A stretch of 64,000 nucleotides of DNA from Monocercomonoides exilis PA203. Taxonomy: Eukaryota; Protista; Preaxostyla. The position numbers and the translations under genes were made by a program. The notes under the pieces were generated by a model that did not search any database, was not told where the DNA came from, and saw nothing but the letters and a program-made list of their open reading frames with translations. This document shows, one piece after another, positions 17,104 to 30,007 of this stretch; position 1 is the first letter of the stretch, and each line of letters starts with the position of its first letter. The stretch is from NCBI GenBank assembly GCA_001643675.2, contig LSRY02000027.1:1054001-1118000 (forward strand). Direction: 5' to 3'.

Positions 17104-20100
17104 ATGTTGTCAATCTTTCATATTGTTGCAATTCTGAGTTTTCACTTGAACATCAATGCTTTTGAAGACAAATCTTTAATAAATGCAAATGTTGAACTGT
17201 CCCTTTTCAGATTATCAAAAAATGATGAATATACATTTTCCAATCCAAAAACGAATTATTCACAAAGCAACAACAGTGAAGATCAATCAGCCAAATTTCG
17301 AGATAACGGAATGTTGGAGTTTTCTTGTTTGAAAACTTCATTTTCATTGATGAACACTTCCATAACGTTCTCAAAGCTGCAGTTTCAAACAAAAGGAGAC
17401 ACAAATGTTGTTGATTGCACTTCGTCCAATGTGGTTGTTCTCTGGTGCATGATAATGTGCAGCGATGAAAAGACAAATGGTCTGTTCAGAATTGCCCATG
17501 GAAGAGCCCTCTTCAACAACTTATCAATGAACACAAAATGCCAAAGCAATCCAATTCCACAATTGGTTATTTCTGAACATTCAGAGATAAAGAAACGGAT
17601 TGGGAATGATTTTGAAGCAATCATATTGTTATCTTCGACATTATCTGATTTGGTATTTGAAAAGGCTCCGATTATTGAGTCCTCATCTTCATCTTCTTTG
17701 TCCATTGATAAATGTGCCTTCTCGAACATTTCTGCTACTCAAAAGAAGGATCCATTTTGTTCAGAAATGTCGGAACTTCAGAAAGGAAATGGAGACTTCA
17801 TCATTTCTGGATGTGAATTGTGTGGTGTTGAAAATGTGTTTTATGGAGGAATAGGAGATAGCGATCATGCTTTGAATGTTTTCAACACAAGTGTGATGCA
17901 TTGTGCCAGAACCATGAACAATGGCTCGAGGGTGGAGGTTAAAGAGGATTGGAGCTTTGAATACACAAAATTTGTCAATCAGAATGTGACAGATTATTCA
18001 GCAATTGATGAGGGATTTCACACTTGTGGAGGAGCCATCTTATTCAATGGTCCTTCATCAACACTGAGTGTTAAGAGCTGTATTTTCATGGTTTGAGTCG
18101 TGTTTTATTTTCAATCAAATAAAAGAATCATTTATTTATTTTTTATTTTGATTTCTCTCTCATTTTTTTTTCATTGTTCAATTTAGAATTGCTCCTGCAG
18201 TAGATGGGGAGGAGGATTATGCGTTTTTGATTCTGTGAGTACTAAAATAGAAAACTGCTCATTCGATCATTGCTTTGGAAAAAGAGATGTTAAAGAGATG
18301 GGTTCTCATGGAGGCAGTGTTTTCGTTGATAAATCACAATGTTATGGCATTATTCATTCAATCGCAAAAAATGGACACACTTCGTGGAATGGAGGTGCAT
18401 TTTATCTTAATGAAGGAGGCACTTCCTCTTTAACTGAATGCAATTTAAACACTCTCGAAAATGGATCGCCAATCCTTTTACTCAATATCACTTGTGCAAA
18501 TGAAACGGCCGAAAGTCACTATGGAGGAGCATTATGCATAAGGCATAATACACCATCTTTTTTCTTGATGAGCGAATGCATCTTTCAGAATTGTTCCGCA
18601 AACACTTCATATGGAGGTGGAATTTCAATTAGTGTTGAAACTTTTAAATTGAATGCAAAGTTTTGTTTCTATTGCTTTTTCTTCAATAATTCTGCCTCAT
18701 ATGCATCAGATATCTATTTGAATGATCCCGATGAAAAGATAAAAGAAAATCCCTTTGTGGAATGTTATTCATTGACAGGTGGAGAAAGTCGATGTGTGAG
18801 CTCTTCACAAGGCACAAAAAATGAGTGGCTGCCAAATGGATTTCTTGTGAGATATGTCATTCCAGATGGAGGAAACAACAATGCGTTCTGTGGGCTGACA
18901 GTTGAGGATAGTTGTGATTCATTGAAATTCACACTTGAAAATGAACTAACAAAGAGCAGATGCAGAATCATGCTGATCGAGGGAACTTATGAGATGGTTG
19001 AATCAAATGGTTTGAATGTGGAGGGAAAGAATATTTCTATTCAAGGAATAGGAAAGGATGAAACACAATTGAGTCCAGTTCGTGTTGAAGCAGACAAAGT
19101 GTTTCTGAGTGTTGATGATGGGATATGCAAACTGTCATCTTTGAGCATTGTGTTTGACTCACATGAAAGTTCAAGATTGTTCCGACTGAGCTCCTCAAAT
19201 TCTCAATTATTTCTCCAAGAGCTTGTCATCAGCACCCCATTGAATCAGGAAGGCCTCCCCTCAAAAGAATATTTGAACAGTTTGTTTGAGGTGAATTTTG
19301 CCAACTTTCGAATGACAGACTGCATTGTCAAGAACATCTTGTCCAAGTCCAGTCTCTTTCAAGAAACTTCTTCTGCTTCATTGTTGTTGCTGTCTTCATC
19401 TTCTCCACTTCCAAACAGCGATGAATCCTTTGTTGCCAATTCTTCTTTCTTGCATGTTGCAAAAACAGAAGGGGATGGAGCAGTGATGTCAAAGACAATC
19501 AGTGAGGGAGAGTCATTTTGTCTGTGGAACACCACAATGGAAAACTGTGAGTGTACGAGTGGGAGTGGAGGAGGGATCAGAGTTAAGATGACATCAACAA
19601 CCAGTGCCTTCAGAATTGGATCCTCCTCGTATCCAACTACACTCGATTCATGTTCATGCAGCAAGTGTGGAGGAGGATTGTATCTTTGGCTGGGGGATGG
19701 GGCAGCAGACTTTGTGATTTCCTCAGTGAGTTTTGTGGATTGTGAGGCAGGAGAGGGAGGGAGAGATATCTTTGTGAATGGGAGCAACATGAATGGAGAG
19801 ACAATCAATTTGGAGAAGATTTGTGTTTCACTGAATGGGCTGGGATATGAAGAGTTGATGGGTTTTGATAGAAGTCTGAGTGAGATGGGACTGTTTCCAT
19901 TGAATGTATTTTTGGAGTCATTCCAACCGCCAGCACATGTTGGAGGAACTGAAGAAAACTGGGTTTTTGATTCGAATTTTTGTGGATTCAGCTTCTTCCC
20001 ATGCTTGACAATAATGCATGCAGCTCAGCTCAGATTTGGTTCATCACAAAGGCAGATTGCTGTTGGAAAGGGATATGAACTGGACGAGGAGATAACGATG

Positions 20101-23100
20101 GATGGCCCAGTTTGGAACATCTCATGTGAGGAAAGGGGAATGGTTGTTGCTGTGCATGCACCACAAACACAGCTCTCCAATCAATGGCTGGTGAGTGTCT
20201 CCACTGAGTGCTCAATATACAACATCTGCTTCTCCCTTCCTTCTTCTCTCTCAGATGCCCACTCTTTCATCACACTCCCAGCTTCCACTTCCTCTCTCAC
20301 TCTTTCGAATTGTTCATCAATGAATTCATCTTCTGAGTCAGAGATCGAGATTGGATTTTGCTTTGTGAGCGTGATTGGAGGGGAGTTGAAGATGGAAATG
20401 TTTGAGACAAAAGGAGCAATGGTGTTTTCATCGCATTCATTGATTGAAGGGAAAGGGAGCAGTTTTGTTATGAATTGCGTCGAATGTATTTTTGAGGGAG
20501 TCACAAAAGAGAATGGAGATGGAGCTTGTGTTTGTGTTTGTGCTGAGGATGAGTCAAGTGCTCATGAATCAGAAAAGAAACAACTTATAATTGACAACTG
20601 CACATTGAATGGATGTTGGGCAAAGGGAAACAGAGCAAAAGGAGGAGGGTTGCATGTGTGTCTGAGAGGCAATGATGAAATGGTTGTGAATGGATCATCG
20701 AAGTTTGAAAGGTGCTGTGCAGGAAAGAGAGAAGAAGGAGAAGAGGATGGCTTGGGAGGAGGAATATTTCTATCATTGGAGGATGAGGCAACTCAGTTTG
20801 CTTTTGGGGATATGAAGTTTGTGGGATGTTGTGCATGGAAAGGGAAGAATGTGTTTGTGAATGGGAGCTCTCTGGATGAGGTTGTGGATTCAGAGCATTT
20901 CTGCTGGGAGATGAGTGAGAAGGAAAAGGCATCGATGGATGAGCTGGGCGGGTGGGAGAGAGGCAGTACAGGTGTTGGATTTGTGATTCCGCTTGTGGTG
21001 TATCTGTGGAACAACTTCAGTGGAAGTGGATTTGCAAATGGGCAGGAGGGAGGAGACTTCAGCGGATGTGGATATGCCGCTGCTCCATGCAGATCTATCT
21101 CCCATCTCATCTCCCTCAAATTCACCCCACTCCCTGGAAGTGCTTCTGATTATGAAGATGGACTGTCCATCTCAGTGTATCATATTTCCTCTCTCACCTC
21201 ATCCATTTCACTTTCATCTTCTATCGAATCAGAACAAATCTCAATGAAATTCATTGGGAAAGACAATGAGTCAGGGATTGCTGTGGTTGATAATCAGGAA
21301 GGAAATGAAGAATGGATGATCCATTCGACCATCCATCTTTCATTTGAGGTTCTCTCCTTCCACATCCCAACAGCATTTGCCCACCACAGGACATTCATCA
21401 GATCCTCAACTTCATCATCGCTTCTCGAAATGAAGCACTGCTCTTTCACCCCTCAAAGTGCAAGTGAGCCTGTCTCATTCACTTGGTTGAGTGTTTCAGA
21501 GGGAAGCCTGTTGATTGACAATTGCACATTGTCCTCTTTATCTTTCGCCCTACCATTTCTCCTTGTCTCACTTCCTTCTCAGTCAATCCTCCTTTCCAAC
21601 ATGACAGTCTCGAATGTCTCGATATCTTCGTGCTCTCTTGTGTCATTCGAAAGAACACCATCTCATCTGCCTGTGAATTCATATGCTCACAATGAAGTAT
21701 CAGACAAGCATTGTTGCTCTCTCCAAATCCAGTCATCATCTTTTTCCAACAACTCTTGTTCTGGCAGCAGTGCAAGCATTCTTTGCCTTGGACTCTTTGA
21801 TGCTGTAAAATGCACTGTTCAAGGATGCATGTTCAGCCGGTGTGTGAGCGAGGCGAGTGAAAGAGGAGGAGCACTGATGATGTGTGTGAAGAGCGAGGAA
21901 TCATCGGTGGAGGTAAGGCAATGTTCATTCACACTCTGCAGGTGCTCGACAGTCACTGGGAGGGGAGGTGGAATGATGTTTGACTGTGTGGATCCCTCAT
22001 CATCAGCACCAACACCAGATGGCCCATCTTTTCTCCAGCTGAAAATATCAGAGATCCGATTCACAATGAATGATGCACTGGTGGGGAAGGATATATTCAT
22101 CAACTGTCAGTCGATCGAGCAGCAGATCAACGAAACACTCTTTGCCCTTGACTTCTCCCAGGAATCGCTACAATCGAACCAATCCATATGCGCAACTGAT
22201 GCTGATGAGCAGGATGTGGACTTGATCCCCTTGATTACTTTCTTGTATGCACCACAGATCTTTGTGTCTCTCGATTCGGCAGACACTCGCCAATGTGGAT
22301 TGCCAACAAACCCCTGCAAGAGCATCTCATCTGCTGTTCACCACATCCAGCAGGGATTGCTCAATGCCATTTTCATCAACACCACATCTACAATCCTCTC
22401 GGAAACAACTGTGCATGACCTGTCCATCCTGCCTTCAACAAAGCAGCAAGCAATAATCCAGCTGAGCACATCCATTCCATTCACTGGAGATGCTCAGAGC
22501 GTGGTTCTGTTTGAGGAGGATTGCACAGTTCGCAACTGCCTGATATCATTTGCCTCTTCATTTCAGGCCACACACTCAGCAGTATTCGCTGAAATTAATG
22601 GGTCATTGGAAGTGTCTCAGTGCACATTCACAGCAGCCGATCCCTCGTTGGAGCTGGATTCAAATGTGATGGCTGTTTGGGGAGGAGTTCTGAAGATGAG
22701 TGAGACATCATTCAGCTGGCTGTCTTTTGCAAAGCCCTTGCTTTTGTTTTCAGATGAATCAGAAATTATGCTGTTCCAAATGACTCTGGACTCTCTCACA
22801 TCGGCATATGATGTTGTGGCAATTGTATCGAGCGCAACTGTCTCGATTGAAAAAATGAACTGTTCCAACATCTCATTGAACAATGGCTGTCTGATCTCAA
22901 CGAACAAAGAAGATCTGAACATGAATGGAAAAGGAAGAAATAATGATGAAGATAAGGGAAGTCTCAGAATTTCAAGTGCAGTTTTTGAGAATATTTCATC
23001 AAATGAGGACACCAATAACAACAGTGTTGTAAGAATTGAGAATGACAAGAAATGTGTGAATTTAATTAATTGTTCATTTTCTTATTGTCTGCTATCTGCT

Positions 23101-25254
23101 GAGAAAGGAAGCCAGTTGTCAGTTTCAGACAGTTCAGATGTTTCTGTTGTTTCCTGTTTGTTTGATGGCAAAACAACGGATGAGCCAATCAGTCATCAGA
23201 AAAATAAGGATTTGGGAGAAGACAAAGAAAGTGTCAAAGAACAAAACGCACTATGCGGTTGGAATGGATCGATTGTGGATGTGAAGTCAAGTAATTTAAC
23301 ACTGAAAGAAACCACAATCCGCAACTCGAAGAATGGAGGGCTTTCTGTATCAGGCGGATGTGTGGAGTCTGAGAAAGGAGAGTTTGTCAACAACAATCCA
23401 TCGATTGAAGGATATCCATCGCTGAGAAGAAATATCATCTGTTCAGGTTCTGGAACATTGAATGTGAAAAGATTGAAGGGAGGAGATGGAGTTTTGCCAA
23501 ATGCATCACTTTGGATGTTGAATGATGGATGTAGTTTTGAAGGGATTGCAGGAGAAAGGGCATCTCCCTTTTTCATCCCAAAGGTGGAGAGTGTATCATC
23601 TGAAAAGTTAAGGGAGAAGGTGAATCTTGTGTTCAGAGGATCAATTCTCCTCCCTTGCAATCTCTCATTCGAAACAGTTGCAGCAGAAGGAGATGAGGAA
23701 GTGGTTGAAAAGCATTTGTTTGATGAAAGAGGTTTCATTTCAGAAGAAGAGGTGCATGGGTCTGTTTCTGTGGAAACAATTGAAGGTATTCCAAGTGAAG
23801 CAGAAGTGAGGGTATGTATTCTGTTTGGGAATACAGAATCTCCTTCATCAACTCAGTCATTCATTCTGAAGAATGCAAGTGTACCAGAATCAAAAGGAGA
23901 TGAAAGGGCAGTTGAAGGAGGAAAAAAAGGAAAATCTTCATGGGCATTGATTGTGATTGTTTTGTTGATTGCAATTTTATTGATTGTTCTCATTGCCTTG
24001 ATTTTGTTTGTTGTTCGTTGGAAGAAGGCGAAGAGTGAAGCAGAGGATCTGAGAGAGATTGTGAACGATAACATCAGAAAGGATCCGAAGGCGTTTGAGA
24101 TGGTGACGATGGAGATGTCGCCTGAGGCGCAGTGGAGGAGAGTGGCAGGGGATGTTGAGAAGAAGAACGATGAGAGGATAAAGAAGAGAGTGTATGAGAA
24201 AAGCTTGGGACACTCGGAGTCATCAGAGCATCTTCTGTCTGAGAGCGGATCAACTGAATATATTCTTGGAAAAGACTCAGACAAGATTCCTGAATGGGCA
24301 TTGGAGAAAGTTGAGGAAGAAGAGATAAGGAAGCGAACTCCATCGCCTTCTATTTCATCCACTTCAACAACTGACTCAGATTCAACATTTGTTCGATCTG
24401 AGAGTTTGTGTCCCACAACCTCATCAATGTCAAATCTGGTGGATGCAATGGCCTGTTCGTCTCCACATGAGAAGCTGATTGTGGATCTGCGAGATTCATT
24501 ATTCATGTTGCTTCATGGAAGGAACGAGAAGAAGGAGATGGCTATTGGCACATTGAAGGAGAGAGAGATGACAGCTGCCCAAATCCTGTTCTGGGTGGCT
24601 AACCTTGCTCTCCACTCCTTTGCTGAAATGGAAAACCCACTTCAATCATTAGCCAATTTGAGTCCTCACATTGTACTGTTCTCCGAACACATGGTCATCT
24701 GCATTGTCATGCACTCCGACTTCTTGTCTGATGATGATTCAGACTCGTCTTCCATCTCCTCATCAACTGTTGTGACTTCTGCCAGCGATGACGATGATGA
24801 CTCTCTGCCCTCATCTGCGTTTGAGGATGAGGATGACTTCAAAAAAGAGTGCATGAGGTGGAAGGCACCTGAGCTGTTGATCAACAAGAAGATGGGAGCA
24901 ACAAAGGAGTCAGTTGCCTTTTCGATCGGGATGATGCTGTGGGAGTGCTTGACGCTCCAGATCCCGTTTGGTGATTATGAGGCAGAGGTGACAGGACAGA
25001 AGATTGTGAATGGAGAGAGACCAGACCTAAGAAAAGTGCTGGAATCTTCATACGCAGAGGTGCTGCATCGCGCTTTTTCTCCTCAGCAAGGCAACCGCCC
25101 AACGCTAATTGCAATGAAAAGGGAGTTCATTCAGCGTTTCCCAGCAGGCGCTGTGATGCTCACAGTTTCAGATGCCATCGATTTCGAGAACGAAAGCGAA
25201 GGAGAGGGCAGCACTGCCATGGAATCAAGGTCCTTGTCGAGCAGCAGCAGTTGA
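17104..25254 (+). CDS. ~2,680-aa type I membrane protein: beta-helix/Pmp-like ectodomain, one TM, degenerate TKL-like kinase C-lobe; intron 18091-18186
   Basis: Signal-like N-terminus. The intron GTTTGA...TTTAG joins the two ORFs in frame. Repeated GGA(I/L) and F..CxA/FxNN motifs plus CG....PC.SI repeats. TM WALIVIVLLIAILLIVLIALILFVV (~23941-24015). Kinase remnant RWKAPELL...ESVAFSIGMMLWECLTLQIPF...RP. Confidence 0.85.
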
Positions 25255-25479
25255 TTTCTGGCATTTTTTCTGTTGAGCATCAGTATATAATTAATGAATT
25301 CTAAGAAGAGGAAATTGTCGGATGTAATTTCTCGCTGCCGGCGTGAGCAAACAGAATATTTGAAACATAAATATCGGATTTTGAATGAATTAATGTTGCT
25401 ATAAAAAAACAGTGAAAACATGTAAATTTCTGGTCGGAAATAGGAAAGACTGATGAATAAAAATAAATGTGGTTGTTCA

Positions 25480-25900
25480 TTTTGCTTGCCAATCAGAAGG
25501 GATTCCAATATGCGCCATTCAATCGATTTTTTGTTTCTTCTTTTTTGGATCATATCACTTCTCTCTCAAAGAGCGAGGCGTGCAACAAGCACACAAGCAA
25601 ATAATTGTGCCAATTGGCAGAATTCTGATTCAAAGCCAATAAAAATCGTTCTGACTTGATGATATGCCTTGTTTGCGAATAAACTAAAAAATATTTATAT
25701 TGTCATTTTATCTTTAAAAAAATAAAATAAAATAAATTCTGTATAGAAGTACCAACAAATAATGAATTTTACCATTGGATGTTGCTGACGTTGTTGGTAT
25801 CATAAATTTTGAGCTTCAAGCTGTGCCCTGCACAAATCCTTGGGGAAGTGGCATATTCAGCATGTCGAGTCAATCAATCTCCATATCAAAGTGTATTGAA
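25480..25900 (-). pseudogene. Degraded coding fragments of unknown gene
   Basis: GC-richer exon-like blocks read ANKAYHQVRTIFIGFESEFCQLAQLFACVLVARLAL*ERSDM and DMEID*LDMLNMPLPQGFVQGTA*SSKF, with in-frame TGA. Confidence 0.25.
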
Positions 25901-26660
25901 AAAAATCATTTGAAATAGCAAATAAATTATAAAGTCATTCTTCCACTGTTAAAGGCCTGTTTTGGTTTTTATTTGACTTTTTATAATTTGGGGGGAAAAT
26001 GCTTTCAAGCCCAGTTGCGGCTTATCAGAAGCTTAGAGTCAATTAAAAATAATAAAGCGTATAAATCATTGCGGGTAAAAGTGCTGATTGTGGGATGATT
26101 CATTGGCAATCTCATTAACAATCCTAATTAAAATATTTTTATGGTTGCCTTTTTTTTATCCGAGCATTTTTTTTTGAAAAAAATCACAACAAAATTAATA
26201 TATATTTGTATTGGGAAAATATTAAACTGAAGCATGAATAGGCATGATTTTGTGACGACTTTTAACCTTTTCTAATTTTTTTTTCTATTTATAGAGAAGA
26301 TCTTGAGTATTTTCAATTCATATCAAATCATTTGCTTGCTTCTTTTTCATTTAAAAAAACCATTTCACTTCTTCTGTTTGTTTTTTATCATGCAGTCATG
26401 AAACAAACAAAAATTTCTTTCGTTAACTTTTATTTTAAAGAATTGTGCTCTTATCCGTTTTATAGATTTTCACACGCAATAATGAAAAAGACTAGACTTT
26501 ATAATTGAAATGTGAAAATAATTCGAAAGCAGATCATTTCTTTGTGAAAATAACAAAACAAATAAAAAATTTTTAAAATTCCGAAAGCTTTTTTCGAATA
26601 TGGGTTATTGAATGATCGACAAGTTGTGGTAAAAACGGGTGAAACTTTTTTGGTATGATA

Positions 26661-27926
26661 GGGTCAACTTTATAATGGGACTTTTTCCCTTATTGGAACT
26701 ATTTTTGTTTTTGCATGTGGGTGATTATTTTTGAAATCATATCTTTTTTCGGGGTGTTGATTTTTCAAAGATTGTTTTTTATTGGGAAGAGATTTTGAAT
26801 TCAAATATAAAAACTATTATAACTGTTTCAAAAATAAATGTTTTTGCTGAAATAAAGATGAAGATGTCTCAAACATACCATTTGACTTTTTTTGTGTTCA
26901 TTTATTAATATTCAAGAAATATTTTTTAACCGAATTTTTTGAATGAAATAATATGATTTCAAAAATAATCACCCATGTCAATCATTCAAAAAAGCTAGAT
27001 GGACCTCAACGCTCGGATGAGTGTGTTTATAAAACAAATACATTAAATTACCGGTTTGTTTATTAAATTTTGTTTCTTTTTCGTAGAGATACAGCAATTT
27101 TTAATATATTTTAAAGTGACTTTTTTCAGCCGAAGAAGCATTTCACAAATTTTTGAAATATATTTTTAAAAACTACTGACATTATCCTTTTTATATTCAA
27201 AATCTTAAGTTTAACAACTTGTTTTTTCTTGATTTTTTCACATTTCATTTTTTTATCAACATTCGAACCAAAATTTGAAAATTTCTTTGTTATTAATATG
27301 AAGTGTTAAAAACAAAAACATGATATGAAAAATACACACTCTTATGAAGAAGTGTGAAAAAGGTTGAACATTGAAATTTTCTTTTTATCTCAAACTCATG
27401 AAAATATAATAAGTTTGATCTCAGATCATTCAATTTTGTGACCATTCACTTGTTTGATGCAAATATAAAAAATTAATGTTCAACCTTTTTCACACTTCTT
27501 CATAAGAGTGTGTATTTTTCATATCATGTTTTTGTTTTTAACACTTCATATTAATAACAAAGAAATTTTCAAATTTTGGTTCGAATGTTGATAAAAAAAT
27601 GAAATGTGAAAAAATCAAGAAAAAACAAGTTGTTAAACTTAAGATTTTGAATATAAAAAGGATAATGTCAGTAGTTTTTAAAAATATATTTCAAAAATTT
27701 GTGAAATGCTTCTTCGGCTGAAAAAAGTCACTTTAAAATATATTAAAAATTGCTGTATCTCTACGAAAAAGAAACAAAATTTAATAAACAAACCGGTAAT
27801 TTAATGTATTTGTTTTATAAACACACTCATCCGAGCGTTGACGTCCATCTGGCTTTTTTGAATGATTGATATGCAAAAACAAAAATAGTTCCAATAAGGG
27901 AAAAAGTCCCATTATAAAGTTGACCC
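26661..27926. mobile_element. Non-autonomous foldback element: ~450-bp inverted arms, 102-bp spacer, GGG...CCC termini, TA flanks
   Basis: 26978-27372 is the reverse complement of 27475-27869 (about 2 mismatches seen). 26661-26716 is the reverse complement of 27871-27926. Flanks are TA|GGGTCAAC and GTTGACCC|TA. Confidence 0.9.
26719..26974. mobile_element. MITE (256 bp) with 24-bp TIRs and 4-bp TSD ATGT, nested in the left arm of the foldback
   Basis: TIRs GGGTGATTATTTTTGAAATCATAT (26719-26742) and ATATGATTTCAAAAATAATCACCC (26951-26974). ATGT at 26715-26718 and 26975-26978. The right arm shows the empty site (ttgcATATcaatc). Confidence 0.9.
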
Positions 27927-28196
27927 TATTAGCAATTATTGTTGACTTCAAATTAATTATATCTTATATTACGAAAAATGCTTTTTTTATAATATATTAA
28001 GAAAGTTTTGAAAATGTTTGAAAAATGAAATTAAAACGTTTCATGGAATTTGTTTTATTATTGATGATTGTTTTGAATATATTTTTAATGTTTTAAACAT
28101 ATCAATAACAACACGTTGCAACAACTTTAAAAATAAAAAAAACAATTTTCCCGGAAAAATTTTTGATTTCAAAGATAATTTCACTTATTTAATAAA

Positions 28197-28259
28197 AAAT
28201 AAATAAATAAATAAATAAATTAATAAATGAATGAATGAATGAATGAATGAATGAATGAA

Positions 28260-28333
<74 letters not shown>
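28197..28333. repeat. Compound microsatellite (AAAT)n-(GAAT)n-(AAT)n
   Basis: Directly visible; about 24 AAT units. Confidence 0.95.
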
Positions 28334-28354
<21 letters not shown>

Positions 28355-28708
28355 TTCTTTTTTGTTCAATTTTTTTAAAAAAAATAAAATTTTCATTCAA
28401 ACTCACCTGATTTCACTATCATAGAATAAACAACATTGTCAAACGTTTGCAACCACACTGGTGAAATTGAGTGAATTGGAATAAAAATTTGATGAAAATA
28501 TTCGTTTTTCATTTCAACCAAAAAAATAAAACAAAAGGAACATTACAGAAAAGTTTTGAAATTTGCTAATTATTATTATTTATAGAATATAACATTTGTG
28601 ACTTTTTATAAATTTTGCATAATTATCTTTTTTGACATCAGTGCATAGTCCGATTTTCTCACTTTCCTGTGTTGCTCACTCTGGTGTCATCATTTTGCGA
28701 TCTTTCTT

Positions 28709-28760
28709 CTCTCTCTCCTTTCTCTCCTCTCTCTCCTTTCTCTCCTCTCTCTCCTTTCTT
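28709..28760. repeat. 18-bp tandem repeat, about 3 copies (tctctcctttctctcctc)
   Basis: Visible immediately after the orphan ORF stop. Confidence 0.7.
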
Positions 28761-28768
28761 CCTCACTT

Positions 28769-30007
28769 CTACCGTACCCATTTGCTCGTTCCAATAGCTG
28801 TTCCTGTTGCTGTTTCTCCCTGTATCCTCGGAGCAGCCGGTGGTAATGATCCAATGATAGCGGCTGGCCTCCCAGTGATCGTTGGGACGAACTGCGCCTG
28901 GAACTGTGGCGTTCTCTTCTTTCCCTTGAAACCCGAAAAGCTTCTGCCGTATCCCCTTCTCTGGAGCTGTCTGTATACAAATCCTTGGGTGCTCCTTCCC
29001 GAACTGTATCTTCTCGGAAGTCCCCATCTGGCCGTTGCGGCCCCGAAACCTGTTGTGGAGTCGGGAGATGCACCGTATCCAGCTGCATCTCCCTCTACTT
29101 GAAAAAAGCTAGCGCTCTCTACCAGTTTTTTCAGGTTCTCCGGCACCTCCTTGGATATTCCTCCTTCAAAAAAGCCTTTCACGCTCTCCCAGTTCGACTT
29201 GGGTGCAACCTTCAGTAGCTTTATTTTGCTGATACAGTCGGCAATAAGCGCATAGGCGCAAAAGAGTCTTCTCAGTCGTTCTTTCTCCTCTTCCATGAGG
29301 TGCACCTTCTCTTGTTTCTTTACCGTTAGTGCTGCAATCGCTTTTGCTGCTTCAAAGCCCGATTCTAGAGCAGGCTGGAGGAGTTCAATTGCTCGGCTCG
29401 CTTCTGGTGAATCTCTACTCCCATTTGTTGTGATGGCTGTTCTGGTTAGCGCGTTCCAGCTTGTATCCGTGTGTACCGTGACAAATTCCTTCTCGCTATC
29501 CGGAATAAATGTATTTAATATGCCATCGCTCATTCTTATCAAGCCAGCTTTGCAAAATTCAATAAACTTCCTCGACTCGCTCGCCTGTCTCAGGTGTGTC
29601 AACCACTCCATGGGAAAAATTCTGGCAAAATCTTGTTTTCTTTCCTTCTCTTCCAGCGCTCCCAGCTCTTCCGAATCCCAGTCGCTATCCTCTTCGTCTT
29701 CCCGTCTCTTCATCTGATTACGTACGCGACTTCCCCTCAATCGCTGTCTGTGTCTCTTCTTTGCGATCATTTCTAAACAATTTGTTTCGGACTCAGATTC
29801 GCTTGATCTCTTCAGAGATCTTCTTCTTGGCCGTTCACTCCTCGTCTTTTTCATTGGCAACATTCCTATTGCTCCCGAGCAACTAGGCCATGCTTGGCTT
29901 CTCGCAATTTCTTCAATCATATTTTCCACTCTTGAAAGTTTATGAGCAAGATCAAATTTTCTGTCCTCGCTGTCGCTATCTGCCATTCTAACAGGATCTT
30001 GTGTCAT
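28769..30007 (-). CDS. Intronless orphan ORF (~412 aa), possibly gag-like ORF1 of a truncated DIRS-type retroelement
   Basis: GC-rich and intronless in an AT-rich, intron-rich context. Basic/acidic N-terminus, helical middle, then a TTTTTT run (SFF) followed by an R/G-rich tail with open overlapping frames. No RT or recombinase seen. Confidence 0.4.
   Translation of the reverse strand: MTQDPVRMADSDSEDRKFDLAHKLSRVENMIEEIARSQAWPSCSGAIGMLPMKKTRSERPRRRSLKRSSESESETNCLEMIAKKRHRQRLRGSRVRNQMKRREDEEDSDWDSEELGALEEKERKQDFARIFPMEWLTHLRQASESRKFIEFCKAGLIRMSDGILNTFIPDSEKEFVTVHTDTSWNALTRTAITTNGSRDSPEASRAIELLQPALESGFEAAKAIAALTVKKQEKVHLMEEEKERLRRLFCAYALIADCISKIKLLKVAPKSNWESVKGFFEGGISKEVPENLKKLVESASFFQVEGDAAGYGASPDSTTGFGAATARWGLPRRYSSGRSTQGFVYRQLQRRGYGRSFSGFKGKKRTPQFQAQFVPTITGRPAAIIGSLPPAAPRIQGETATGTAIGTSKWVR

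Noticed and set aside
26661-27926. Palindrome as an assembly or chimeric-read artefact
   Set aside because: It has a unique spacer, arm mismatches, a MITE in one arm only, defined termini and a diverged relative at 15 kb.
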